DNA from: Eledone cirrhosa
Lineage: Eukaryota
Direction of reading: 5' to 3'
DNA length: 64,000 bases
Assembly: GCA_964016885.1 (NCBI GenBank)
Contig: OZ024744.1
Location: forward strand, 135,036,001 to 135,100,000
How positions within the stretch are numbered: position 1 is the first letter of the stretch; every line of letters starts with the position of its first letter. Under the pieces are notes generated by a model. The model searched no databases. It was not told the DNA's origin and was given only the letters and a program-made list of their open reading frames with translations. Positions 11,401-24,075 of the stretch are shown piece by piece. The position numbers were made by a program, and so were the translations under genes.

Positions 11401-14400
11401 GTTAATTAAGTTGGGGTTAAGTTAAGTTGGGGTTAAGTTAAGTTGGGGTTAATTTAAGTTGGGGTTGAGTTAAGTTGCGGTTAAGTTAAGTTGGGTTTAT
11501 ATTAAGTTGGGGTTAAGTTAAGTTGGGGTTAAGTTAAGTTAGGGTTAAGTTAAGTTGGGGTTAAGTTAAGTTGGGGCTGAGTTAAGTTGGGGCTGAGTTA
11601 AGTTGGGGTTAAGTTAAGTTGGGGATGAGTTAAGTTGCGGTTAAGTTAAGTTGGGGTTAAGTTAAGTTGGGTTTAAGTTAAGTTGGGGTTTAGTTAAGTT
11701 GGGGTTCAGTTAAGTTGGGGTTAAGTTAAGTTTGGGTTAAGTTGGGGTTAAATTAATTTGGGGTTAAGTTAAGTTGGGGTTTAGTTAAGTTGGGGTTAAG
11801 TTAAGTTGGGGTTAATTTAAGTTGGGGTTAAGTTAAGTTGCGGGTAATTTAAGTTGGGGTTAAGTTAAGTTGGGGTTAAGTTAAGGCGGGGTTAAGTTGA
11901 GTTGGGGTTGAGTTAATTTGGGGTTAACTTAAGTTGGGGGTACTTAAGGTGGGTTTAAGTTAAGTGGGGTTAAGTTAAGTTGGGGTTAAGTTAAGTTGGG
12001 GTTAAGTTAAGTTGGGGTTAAGTTAGGTTGTGGTTAAGTTAAGTTGGGGGTAAGTTAAGTTGGGGGTAAGTTAAGTTGCGGTTAATTTAAGTTGGGTCTA
12101 ATTAAATTGGGGTTAAGTTAAGTTGGGGTTAAGTTAAGTTGGGGTTGAGTTAATTTGGGGTTAACTTAAGTTGGGGGTACTTAAGTTGGGTTTAAGTTAA
12201 GTCGGGTTAAATTAAGTTGGGGTTAAGTTAAGTTGGGGTTAAGTTAAGTTGGGGGTAAGTTAAGTTGGTGGTAAGTTAAGTTGGGGGTAAGTTAAGGTGG
12301 GGTTAAGTTAAGTTGGGGTTAAGTTAATTTGGGGTTAAGTTATAGTTAAGTTAAGTTGGGGTTGAGTTAATTAGGGGTTAAGTTAAGTTGGGGTTATGTT
12401 AAGTTGGGGTTAAGTTAAGTTGGGGTTAAGTTGAGTTGGGGTTCAGTTAAGTTGCGGTTAATTTAAGTTGGGGATAATTTAAGTTGGGGTTAAGTTAAGT
12501 TGGGGGTAAGTTAAGTTGGGGGTAAGTTAAGTTGGGGTTAATTTAAGTTGGGTCTAATTAAGTTGGGGTTAAGTTAAGTTGGGGTTAAGTTAAGTTGGGG
12601 TTGAGTTAATTTGGGCTTAACTTAAGTTGGGGGTACTTAAGTTGGGTTTAAGTTAAGTGGGGTTAAGTTAAGTTGGGGTTAAGTTAAGTTGGGGTTAAGT
12701 TAAGTTGGGGGTAAGTTAAGTTGAGGGTAAGTTAAGTTGGGGTTAATTTAAGTTGGGTCAAATTAAGTTGGGGTTAAGTTAAGTTGGAGTTAAGTTAAGT
12801 TGGGGTTAAATTAAGTTGGGGTTAAGTTAAGTTGGGGTTAAATTAAGTTGGAGTTAAGTTAAGTTGGGGTTAAGTTAAGTTGGGGTTAAGTTAAGTTGGG
12901 GGTAAGTTAAGTTGGTGGTAAGTTAAGTTGGGGGTAAGTTAAGATGGGGTTAAGTTAAGTTGGGGTTAAGTTAATTTGGGGTTAAGTTAGGGTTAAGTTA
13001 AGTTGGGTTGATTTAAGTTGGGGTTAAGTTAAGTTGGGGTTATGTTAAGTTGGGGTTAAGTTGAGTTGGGGTTCAGTTAAGTTGCGGTTAAGTTAAGTTG
13101 GGGTTAAGTTAAGTTGGGGTTAAGTTAAGTTGGGGTTACTTTAAGTTGGGGTTAAGTTAAGTTGGGGTTAAATTAAGTTGGGGTTAAGTTAAGTTGGTGT
13201 TAATTTAAGTTGGGGTTTATTTAAGTTGGGGTTAAGTTAAGTTGGGGTTAAGTTAAGTTGGGGTTAAGATTAGTTGGGGTTAAGTTAAGTAGGGGTTGAG
13301 TTAAGTTGGGGTTGAGTTAATTTGGGGTTAACTTAAGTTGGGGGTACTTAAGTTGGGTTTAAGTTAAGTGGGGTTAAGTTAAGTTGGGGTTAAGTTAAGT
13401 TGGGGTTAAGTTAGGATGTGGTTAAGTTAAGTTGGGGTAAGTTAAGTTGGGGGTAAGTTAAGTTGGGGTTAATTTAAGTTGGGTCTAATTAAGTTGGGGT
13501 TAAGTTAAGTTGGGGTTAAGTTAAGTTGGGGTTAAATTAAGTTGGGGTTAAGTTAAGTTGGGGCTAAATTAAGTTTGGGTTAATTAAGTTGGGGTTAAGT
13601 TAAGTTGGGGTTAAGTTAAGTTGGGGTTAAGTTAAGTTGGGGTTAAGTTAAGTTGGGGTTGAGTTAAGTTGGGGTTCAGTTAAGTTGGGGTTAAGTTAAG
13701 TTGGGGTTAAGATGGGGTTAAATTAAGTTGGGGTTAAGTTAAGTTGGGGTTAAGTTAAGTTGGGGTTAAGTTAAGTTGGGGTTAAGTTAAGTCGGGGTTA
13801 AGTTAAGTCGGGGTTAAGTTAAGTTAGGGTTAAGTTAAGTCGGGGTAAAGTTAAGTCGGGGTTAAGTTAAGTTGGGGTTAAGTTAAGTTGGGGTTAAGTT
13901 AAGTTGGGGTTAAGTTAAGTTGGTGTTAAGTTAAGTTGGGGCTAAGTTAAGTTGGGGCTGAGTTAAGTTGGGGCTGAGTTAAGTTGGGGTTAAGTTAAGT
14001 TGGGGTTGAGTTAAGTTGGGGTTAAGTTAAGTTTGGGTTAAGTAAAGTTGGGGTTAAGTTAAGTTGGGGTTAAGTTAAGTTGGGGTTTAGTTAAGTTGGG
14101 GTTCAGTTAAGTTGGGGTTAAGTTAAGTTTGGGTTAAGTTGGGGTTAAATTAAGTTGGGGTTAAGTTAAGTTGGGGTTTAGTTAAGTTGGGGTTAAGTTA
14201 AGTTGGGGTTAATTTAAGTTGGGGTTAAGTTAAGTTGCGGGTAATTTAAGTTGGGGTTAAGTTAAGTTGGGGTTAAATTAAGTTGGAGTTAAGTTAAGTT
14301 GGGGTTAAGTTAAGTTGGGGTTAAGTTAAGTTGGGGGTAAGTTAAGTTGGTGGTAAGTTAAGTTGGGGGTAAGTTAAGATGGGGTTAAGTTAAGTTGGGG

Positions 14401-17400
14401 TTAAATTAAGTTGGGGTTAAATTAAGTTGGGGTTAAGTTAAGTTGGGGGTAAGTTAAGTTGGGGGCAAGTTAAGTTGGGGTTAAGTTAAGTTGGGGTTAA
14501 ATTAAGTTGGGGTTAAGTTAAGTTGGGGTTAAGTTAAGTGGTGGTTATGTTAAGTTGGGGTTAAGTTAATTTGGGGTTAAGTTAGGGTTAAGTTAAGTTG
14601 GGGTTGAGTTAAGTTGGGGTTAAGTTAAGTTGGGGTAAATTTAAGTTGGGGTTAAGTTAAGTTGGGGTTAAGTTAAGTTGGGGTTAAGTTAAGTTGGGGT
14701 TAAGTTAAGTTGGGGTTAAATTAAGTTGGGGTTAAGTTAATTTAGGGTTAAGTTATGGTTAAGTTAAGTTGGGGTTGAGTTAAGTTGGGGTTAAGTTAAG
14801 TTGGGGTTATGTTAAGATGGGGTTAAGTTAAGTTGGAGTTAAGTTGAGTTGGGGTTCAGTTAAGTTGCGGTTAATTTAAGTTGGGGTTAAGTTAAGTTGG
14901 GGTTAAGTTAAGTTGGGGTTAAGTTAAGTTGGGGTTAATTTAAGTTGGGGTTAAGTTAAGTTGGGGTTAAGTTAAGTTGGGGTTAATTTAAGTTGGGGTT
15001 AAGTTAAGTTGGGGTTAAATTAAGTTGGGGTTAAGTTAAGTTGGGGTTAAGTTAAGTTGGGGTTAAATTAAGTTGGGGTTAAAGTAAGTTGGGGTTAAGT
15101 TAAGTTGGGGGTAAGTTAAGTTGGGGGGCAAGTTAAGTTGGGGTTAAGTTAAGTTGGGGTTAAATTAAGTTGGGGTTAAGTTAAGTTGGGGTTAAGTTAA
15201 GTTGGGGTTAAGTTAAGTTGGGGTTAAGTTAAATTGGCGTTAAGTTAAGTTGGGGTAAAGTTAAGTTGGGGTTAATTTAAGTTGGGGTTAAGTTAAGGCG
15301 GGGTTAAGTTGAGTTGGGGTTAAGTTAAGTTGGGGTTAAGTTAAGTTGGGTTGAGTTAATTTGGGGTTAACTTAAGTTGGGGGTACTTAAGTTGGGTTTA
15401 AGTTAAGTGGGGTTAATTTAAGTTGGGGTTAAGTTAAGTTGGGGTTAAGTTAAGTTGGGGTTAAGTTAGGTTGTCGTTAAGTTAAGTTGGGGGTAAGTTA
15501 AGTTGGGTGTAAGTTAAGTTGGGGTTAATTTAAGTTGGGTCTAATTAAGTTGGGGTTAAGTTAAGTTGGGGTTAAGTTAAGTTGGGGTTGAGTTAATTTG
15601 GGGTTAACTTAAGTTGGGGGTACTTAAGTTGGGTTTAAGTTATGTGGGGTTAAGTTAAGTTGGGGTTAAGTTAAGTTGGGGTTAAGTTAAGTTGGGGGTA
15701 AGTTAAGTTGAGGGTAAGTTAAGTTGGGGTTGAGTTAATTTGGGGTTAAGTTAAGTTGGGGTTATGTTAAGTTGGGGTTAAGTTAAGTTGGGGTTAAGTT
15801 GAGCTGGGGTTCAGTTAAGTTGCGGTTAATTTAAGTAGGGGTTAATTTAAGTTGGGGTTAATTTAAGTTGGGGTTAAGTTAAGTTGGGCTTAATTTAAGT
15901 TGGGGTTAAGTTAAGTTGGGGTTAAGTTAAGTTGGGGTTAAGTTAAGTTGGGGTTAAGTTAAGTTGGGGTTAAATTAAATTGGGGTTAAGTTAAGTTGGG
16001 GTTAAGTTAAGTTGGGGTTAAGATAAGTTGGGGTTAAGTTAAGTTGGGGTTGAGTTAAGTTGGAGTTGAGTTAATTTGGGGTTAACTTAAGTTGGGGGTA
16101 CTTAAGTTGGGTTTAAGTTAAGTGGGGTTAAGTTAAGTTGGGGTTAAGTTAAGTTGGGGTTAAGTTAAGTTGGGGTTAAGTTAGGTTGTGGTTAAGTTAA
16201 GTTGGGGGTAATTAAGTTGGGGGTAATTTAAGTTGGGGTTAATTTAAGTTGGGTCTAATTAAGTTGGGGTTAAGTTAAGTTGGGGTTAAGTTAAGTTGGG
16301 GTTAAATTAAGTTGGGGTTAAGTTAAGTTGAGGTTAAATTAAGTTGGGGTTAAGTTAAGTTGGGGTTAAGTTAAGTTGGGGTTAAGTTAAGTTGGGGTTA
16401 AATTAAGTTGGGGTTAAATTAAGTTGGGGTTAAGTTAAGTTGGGGGTAAGTTTAGTTGGGGGCAAGTTAAGTTGGGGTTTATTTAAGTTGGGGTTAATTA
16501 AGTTGGGGTTAAGTTAAGTTGGGGTTAAGTTAAGTTGGGGTTAATTTAAGTTGGGGTTGAGTTAAGTTGGGGTTAAGTTAAGTTGGGGTTAAGTTAAGTT
16601 GGTGTTTAGTTAAGTTGGGGCTAAGTTAAGTTGGGGCTGAGTTAAGTTGGGGCTGAGTTAAGTTGGGGTTAAGTTAAGTTGGGGTTGAGTTAAGTTGGGG
16701 TTAAGTTAAGTTGGGGTTAAGTTAAGTTGGGGTTTAGTTAAGTTGGGGTTCAGTTAAGTTGGGGTTAAGTTAAGTTTGGGTTAAGTTGGGGTTAAATTAA
16801 GTTGGGGTTAAGTTAAGTTGGGGTTATGTTAAGTTGGGGTTAAGTTAAGTTGCGGTTAAGTTAAGTTGGGGTTAAGTTAAGTTGGGGTTAAGTTAACTTG
16901 GGGTTAAGTTAAGTTGGGGTTAAGTTAAGTTGGGGTTAAGTTAAGTTGGGGTTAATTTAAGTTGGGGTTAAGTTAAGGCGGGGTTAAGTTGAGTTGGGGT
17001 TAAGTTAAGTTGGGGTTAAGTTAAGTTGGGGTTGAGTTAATTTGGGGTTAACTTAAGTTGGGGGTACTTAAGTTGGGTTTAAGTTAAGTGGGGTTCAGTT
17101 AAGTTGGGGTTAAGTTAAGTTGGGGTTAAGTTAAGTTGGGGTTAAGTTAGGTTGTGGTTAAGTTAAGTTGGGGTTAAGTTAAGTTGGGGGTAAGTTAAGT
17201 TGGTGGTAAGTTAAGTTGGGGGTAAGTTAAGATGGGGTTAAGTTAAGTTGGGGTTAAGTTAATTTGGGGTTAAGTTAGGGTTAAGTTAAGTTGGGGTTGA
17301 GTTAAGTTGGGGTTAAGTTAAGTTGCGGTTACGTTAATTTGGGGTTAAGTTAAGTTGGGGTTAAGTTGAGTTGGGGTTCAGTTAAGTTGCGGTTAAGTTA

Positions 17401-18589
17401 AGTTGGGGTTAAGTTAAGTTGGGGTTAAGTTAAGTTGGGGTTACTTTAAGTTGGGGTTAAGTTAAGTTGGGGTTAAGTTAAGTTGGGGTTAAGTTAAGTT
17501 GGGGTTAAGTTAAGTTGCGGTTAAATTAAGTTGGGGTTAAGTTAATTTGGGGTTAAGTTAAGTTGGGGTTAAGATAAGTTGGGGTTAAGTTAAGTTGGGG
17601 TTGAGTTAAGTTGGGGTTGAGTTAATTTGGGGTTAACTTAAGTTGGGGGTACTTAAGTTGGGTTTAAGTTAAGTGGGGTTAAGTTAAGTTGGGGTTAAGT
17701 TAAGTTGGTGTTAAGTTAAGTTGGGGCTGAGTTAAGTTGGGGCTGAGTTAAGTTGGGGTTAAGTTAAGTTGAGGTTGAGTTAAGTTGGGGTTAAGTTAAG
17801 TTGGGGTTAAGTTAAGTTGGGGTTAAGTTAAGTTGGGGTTAAGTTAAGTTGGGGTTGAGATAAGTTGGGGTTAAGTTAAGTTGGGGTTAAGTTAAGTTGG
17901 GGTTCAGTTAAGTTGGGGTTAAGTTATGTTGGGGTTAAGATGGGGTTAAATTAAGTTGGGGTTAAGTTAAGTTGGGGTTAAGTTAAGTCGGGGTTAAGTT
18001 AAGTTGGGGTTAAGTTAAGTTAGGGTTAAGTTAAGTTGGAGTTAAGTTAAGTTGGGGTTGAGTTAAGTTGGGGTTGAGTTAAATTGGGGTGGAGTTAAGT
18101 TGGGGTTGAGTTAAGTTGGTGTTGAGTTAAGTTGGGGTTAACTTAAGTTGGGGTTAAGTTAAGTTGCAGTTAAGTTAAGTTGAGTTTAAGTTAAGTTGGG
18201 GCTAAGTTAAGTTGGGGCTAAGTTAAGTTGGGGCTAAGTTAAGTTGGGGCTAAGTTAAGTTGGGGTTCAGTTAAGTTGGTGTTAAGTTAAGTTTGGGTTA
18301 AGTTGGGGTTAAATGAAGTTGGGGTTAAGTTAAGTTGGGGTTTAGTTAAGTTGGGGTTAAGTTAAGTTGGGGTTAATTTAAGTTGGGGTTAAGTTAAGTT
18401 GGGGTTAAGTTAAGTGGTGGTTATGTTAAGTTGGGGTTAAGTTAAGTTGGGGTTAATTTAAATTGGGGTTAAGTTAATTTTGTGGTTAAGTTAAGTTGGG
18501 GTTAAGTTAAGTCGGGGTTAAGTTAATTTGGGGTTGAGTTAAGTTGGGGTTAATTTAAGTTGGGGCTAAGTTAATTTGTGGTTAAGTTA

Positions 18590-21500
18590 AGTTGGGGTTA
18601 AGTTAAGTTGGGGTTAAGTTAAGTTGGGGTTGAGTTAAGTTGGGGTTGAGTTAATTTAGGGTTAAGTTAAGTTGGGGTTAAGTTAAGTTGGGTTTAAGTT
18701 AAGTTGGGGTTAAATTAAGATGGGGTTAAATTAAGTTGGGGTTAAGTTAAGTTGGGGGCAAGTTAAGTTGGGGTTAAGTTAAGTTGGGGTTAAATTAAGT
18801 TGGGGTTAAGTTAAGTTGGTGTTAATTTAAGTTGGGGTTTATTTAAGTTGGGGTTAATTAAGTTGGGGTTAAGTTAAGTTGGGGTTAAGTTAAGTTGGGG
18901 TTAATTTAAGTTGGGGTTGAGTTAAGTTGCGGTTAAGTTAAGTTGGGTTTATATTAAGTTGGGGTTAAGTTAAGTTGGGGTTAAGTTAAGTTAGGGTTAA
19001 GTTAAGTTGGGGTTAAGTTAAGTTGGGGCTGAGTTAAGTTGGGGCTGAGTTAAGTTGGGGTTAAGTTAATTTGGGGATGAGTTAAGTTGGGGTTAAGTTA
19101 AGTTGGGGTTAAGTTAAGTTGGGGTTAAGTTAAGTTGGGTTTAAGTTAAGTTGGGGTTTAGTTAAGTTGGGGTTCAGTTAAGTTGGGGTTAAGTTAAGTT
19201 TGGGTTAAGTTGGGGTTAAATTAATTTGGGGTTAAGTTAAGTTGGGGTTTAGTTAAGTTGGGGTTAAGTTAAGTTGGGGTTAATTTAAGTTGGGGTTAAG
19301 TTAAGTTGCGGGTAATTTAAGTTGGGGTTAAGTTAAGTTGGGGTTAAGTTAAGGCGGGGTTAAGTTGAGTTGGGGTTGAGTTAATTTGGGGTTAACTTAA
19401 GTTGGGGGTACTTAAGGTGGGTTTAAGTTAAGTGGGGTTAAGTTAAGTTGGGGTTAAGTTAAGTTGGGGTTAAGTTAAGTTGGGGTTAAGTTAGGTTGTG
19501 GTTAAGTTAAGTTGGGGGTAAGTTAAGTTGGGGGTAAGTTAAGTTGCGGTTAATTTAAGTTGGGTCTAATTAAGTTGGGGTTAAGTTAAGTTGGGGTTAA
19601 GTTAAGTTGGGGTTGAGTTAATTTGGGGTTAACTTAAGTTGGGGGTACTTAAGTTGGGTTTAAGTTAAGTCGGGTTAAATTAAGTTGGGGTTAAGTTAAG
19701 TTGGGGTTAAGTTAAGTTGGGGGTAAGTTAAGTTGGTGGTAAGTTAAGTTGGGGGTAAGTTAAGGTGGGGTTAAGTTAAGTTGGGGTTAAGTTAATTTGG
19801 GGTTAAGTTATGGTTAAGTTAAGTTGGGGTTGAGTTAATTAGGGGTTAAGTTAAGTTGGGGTTATGTTAAGTTGGGGTTAAGTTAAGTTGGGGTTAAGTT
19901 GAGTTGGGGTTCAGTTAAGTTGCGGTTAATTTAAGTTGGGGATAATTTAAGTTGGGGTTAAGTTAAGTTGGGGGTAAGTTAAGTTGGGGGTAAGTTAAGT
20001 TGGGGTTAATTTAAGTTGGGTCTAATTAAGTTGGGGTTAAGTTAAGTTGGGGTTAAGTTAAGTTGGGGTTGAGTTAATTTGGGCTTAACTTAAGTTGGGG
20101 GTACTTAAGTTGGGTTTAAGTTAAGTGGGGTTAAGTTAAGTTGGGGTTAAGTTAAGTTGGGGTTAAGTTAAGTTGGGGGTAAGTTAAGTTGAGGGTAAGT
20201 TAAGTTGGGGTTAATTTAAGTTGGGTCAAATTAAGTTGGGGTTAAGTTAAGTTGGAGTTAAGTTAAGTTGGGGTTAAATTAAGTTGGGGTTAAGTTAAGT
20301 TGGGGTTAAATTAAGTTGGAGTTAAGTTAAGTTGGGGTTAAGTTCAGTTGGGGTTAAGTTAAGTTGGGGGTAAGTTAAGTTGGTGGTAAGTTAAGTTGGG
20401 GGTAAGTTAAGATGGGGTTAAGTTAAGTTGGGGTTAAGTTAATTTGGGGTTAAGTTAGGGTTAATTTAAGTTGGGTTGATTTAAGTTGGGGTTAAGTTAA
20501 GTTGGGGTTATGTTAAGTTGGGGTTAAGTTGAGTTGGGGTTCAGTTAAGTTGCGGTTAAGTTAAGTTGGGGTTAAGTTAAGTTGGGGTTAAGTTAAGTTG
20601 GGGTTACTTTAAGTTGGGGTTAAGTTAAGTTGGGGTTAAATTAAGTTGGGGTTAAGTTAAGTTGGTGTTAATTTAAGTTGGGGTTTATTTAAGTTGGGGT
20701 TAATTAAGTTGGGGTTAAGTTAAGTTGGGGTTAAGTTAAGTTGGGGTTAATTTAAGTTGGGGTTGAGTTAAATTGCGGTTAAGTTAAGTTGGGTTTATAT
20801 TAAGTTGGGGTTAAGTTAAGTTGGGGTTAAGTTAAGTTGGGGTTAAGTTAAGTTGGGGTTAAGTTAAGTTGGGGTTAAGTTAAGTTGGGGCTGAGTTAAG
20901 TTGGGGCTGAGTTAAGTTGGGGTTAAGTTAAGTTGGGGTTGAGTTAAGTTGGGGTTAAGTTAAGTTGGGGTTAAGTTAAGTTGGGGTTAAGTTAAGTTGG
21001 GTTTAAGTTAAGTTGGGGTTTAGTTAAGTTGGGGTTCAGTTAAGTTGGGGTTAAGTTAAGTTTGGGTTAAGATGGGGTTAAATTAATTTGGGGTTAAGTT
21101 AAGTTGGGGTTTAGTTAAGTTGGGGTTAAGTTAAGTTGGGGTTAATTTAAGTTGGGGTTAACTTAAGTTGCGGGTAATTTAAGTTGGGGTTAAGTTAAGT
21201 TGGGGTTAAGTTAAGTTGGGGTTAAGTTAAGTTGGGGGTAAGTTAAGTTGGGGGTAAGTTAAGTTGGGGGTAAGTTAAGTTGGGGTTTAGTTAAGTTGGG
21301 GTTCAGTTAAGTTGGGGTTAAGTTAAGTTTGGGTTAAGATGGGGTTAAATTAATTTGGGGTTAAGTTAAGTTGGGGTTAAGTTAAGTTGGGGTTAAGTTA
21401 AGTTGGGGTTAAGTTAAGTTGGGGTTGAGTTAAGTTGGGGTTGAGTTAATTTAGGGTTAAGTTAAGTTGGGGTTAAGTTAAGTTGGGTTTAAGTTAAGTT

Positions 21501-24075
21501 GGGGTTAAATTAAGATGGGGTTAAATTAAGTTGGGGTTAAGTTAAGTTGGGGGCAAGTTAAGTTGGGGTTAAGTTAAGTTGGGGTTAAATTAAGTTGGGG
21601 TTAAGTTAAGTTGGTGTTAATTTAAGTTGGGGTTTATTTAAGTTGGGGTTAATTAAGTTGGGGTTAAGTTAAGTTGGGGTTAAGTTAAGTTGGGGTTAAT
21701 TTAAGTTGGGGTTGAGTTAAGTTGCGGTTAAGTTAAGTTGGGTTTATATTAAGTTGGGGTTAAGTTAAGTTGGGGTTAAGTTAAGTTAGGGTTAAGTTAA
21801 GTTGGGGTTAAGTTAAGTTGGGGCTGAGTTAAGTTGGGGCTGAGTTAAGTTGGGGTTAAGTTAATTTGGGGATGAGTTAAGTTGGGGTTAAGTTAAGTTG
21901 GGGTTAAGTTAAGTTGGGGTTAAGTTAAGTTGGGTTTAAGTTAAGTTGGGGTTTAGTTAAGTTGGGGTTCAGTTAAGTTGGGGTTAAGTTAAGTTTGGGT
22001 TAAGTTGGGGTTAAATTAATTTGGGGTTAAGTTAAGTTGGGGTTTAGTTAAGTTGGGGTTAAGTTAAGTTGGGGTTAATTTAAGTTGGGGTTAAGTTAAG
22101 TTGCGGGTAATTTAAGTTGGGGTTAAGTTAAGTTGGGGTTAAGTTAAGGCGGGGTTAAGTTGAGTTGGGGTTGAGTTAATTTGGGGTTAACTTAAGTTGG
22201 GGGTACTTAAGGTGGGTTTAAGTTAAGTGGGGTTAAGTTAAGTTGGGGTTAAGTTAAGTTGGGGTTAAGTTAAGTTGGGGTTAAGTTAGGTTGTGGTTAA
22301 GTTAAGTTGGGGGTAAGTTAAGTTGGGGGTAAGTTAAGTTGCGGTTAATTTAAGTTGGGTCTAATTAAGTTGGGGTTAAGTTAAGTTGGGGTTAAGTTAA
22401 GTTGGGGTTGAGTTAATTTGGGGTTAACTTAAGTTGGGGGTACTTAAGTTGGGTTTAAGTTAAGTCGGGTTAAATTAAGTTGGGGTTAAGTTAAGTTGGG
22501 GTTAAGTTAAGTTGGGGGTAAGTTAAGTTGGTGGTAAGTTAAGTTGGGGGTAAGTTAAGGTGGGGTTAAGTTAAGTTGGGGTTAAGTTAATTTGGGGTTA
22601 AGTTATGGTTAAGTTAAGTTGGGGTTGAGTTAATTAGGGGTTAAGTTAAGTTGGGGTTATGTTAAGTTGGGGTTAAGTTAAGTTGGGGTTAAGTTGAGTT
22701 GGGGTTCAGTTAAGTTGCGGTTAATTTAAGTTGGGGATAATTTAAGTTGGGGTTAAGTTAAGTTGGGGGTAAGTTAAGTTGGGGGTAAGTTAAGTTGGGG
22801 TTAATTTAAGTTGGGTCTAATTAAGTTGGGGTTAAGTTAAGTTGGGGTTAAGTTAAGTTGGGGTTGAGTTAATTTGGGCTTAACTTAAGTTGGGGGTACT
22901 TAAGTTGGGTTTAAGTTAAGTGGGGTTAAGTTAAGTTGGGGTTAAGTTAAGTTGGGGTTAAGTTAAGTTGGGGGTAAGTTAAGTTGAGGGTAAGTTAAGT
23001 TGGGGTTAATTTAAGTTGGGTCAAATTAAGTTGGGGTTAAGTTAAGTTGGAGTTAAGTTAAGTTGGGGTTAAATTAAGTTGGGGTTAAGTTAAGTTGGGG
23101 TTAAATTAAGTTGGAGTTAAGTTAAGTTGGGGTTAAGTTAAGTTGGGGTTAAGTTAAGTTGGGGGTAAGTTAAGTTGGTGGTAAGTTAAGTTGGGGGTAA
23201 GTTAAGATGGGGTTAAGTTAAGTTGGGGTTAAGTTAATTTGGGGTTAAGTTAGGGTTAATTTAAGTTGGGTTGATTTAAGTTGGGGTTAAGTTAAGTTGG
23301 GGTTATGTTAAGTTGGGGTTAAGTTGAGTTGGGGTTCAGTTAAGTTGCGGTTAAGTTAAGTTGGGGTTAAGTTAAGTTGGGGTTAAGTTAAGTTGGGGTT
23401 ACTTTAAGTTGGGGTTAAGTTAAGTTGGGGTTAAATTAAGTTGGGGTTAAGTTAAGTTGGTGTTAATTTAAGTTGGGGTTTATTTAAGTTGGGGTTAATT
23501 AAGTTGGGGTTAAGTTAAGTTGGGGTTAAGTTAAGTTGGGGTTAATTTAAGTTGGGGTTGAGTTAAATTGCGGTTAAGTTAAGTTGGGTTTATATTAAGT
23601 TGGGGTTAAGTTAAGTTGGGGTTAAGTTAAGTTGGGGTTAAGTTAAGTTGGGGTTAAGTTAAGTTGGGGTTAAGTTAAGTTGGGGCTGAGTTAAGTTGGG
23701 GCTGAGTTAAGTTGGGGTTAAGTTAAGTTGGGGTTGAGTTAAGTTGGGGTTAAGTTAAGTTGGGGTTAAGTTAAGTTGGGGTTAAGTTAAGTTGGGTTTA
23801 AGTTAAGTTGGGGTTTAGTTAAGTTGGGGTTCAGTTAAGTTGGGGTTAAGTTAAGTTTGGGTTAAGATGGGGTTAAATTAATTTGGGGTTAAGTTAAGTT
23901 GGGGTTTAGTTAAGTTGGGGTTAAGTTAAGTTGGGGTTAATTTAAGTTGGGGTTAACTTAAGTTGCGGGTAATTTAAGTTGGGGTTAAGTTAAGTTGGGG
24001 TTAAGTTAAGTTGGGGTTAAGTTAAGTTGGGGGTAAGTTAAGTTGGGGGTAAGTTAAGTTGGGGGTAAGTTAAGT
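18590..24075 (+). repeat. Tandem duplication with a 2795-bp period and a ~100-bp junction insert (~21281-21385)
   Basis: TTAATTTGGGGATGAG has its A at 19077 and 21872, and GGGTCAAA has its C at 20227 and 23022; both offsets are 2795. At least one difference is visible (TTCAG at ~20343 versus TTAAG). Confidence 0.87.

Larger units (their letters stand above)
1..20700 (+). repeat. Higher-order repeat of ~7.4-7.5 kb: copy A ~1-7484, copy B ~7927-15314, partial copy C ~15315-20700
   Basis: Rare markers recur in order. TTGTCG has its C at 161, 7645, 8087 and 15475; TTGCAG at 2790, 10715 and 18167; TTGGCG at 7408 and 15238; AAGATTAG at ~5424 and ~13269. The A-to-B offset steps 7926, 7925, 7845, 7830, consistent with small indels. 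Confidence 0.9.
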
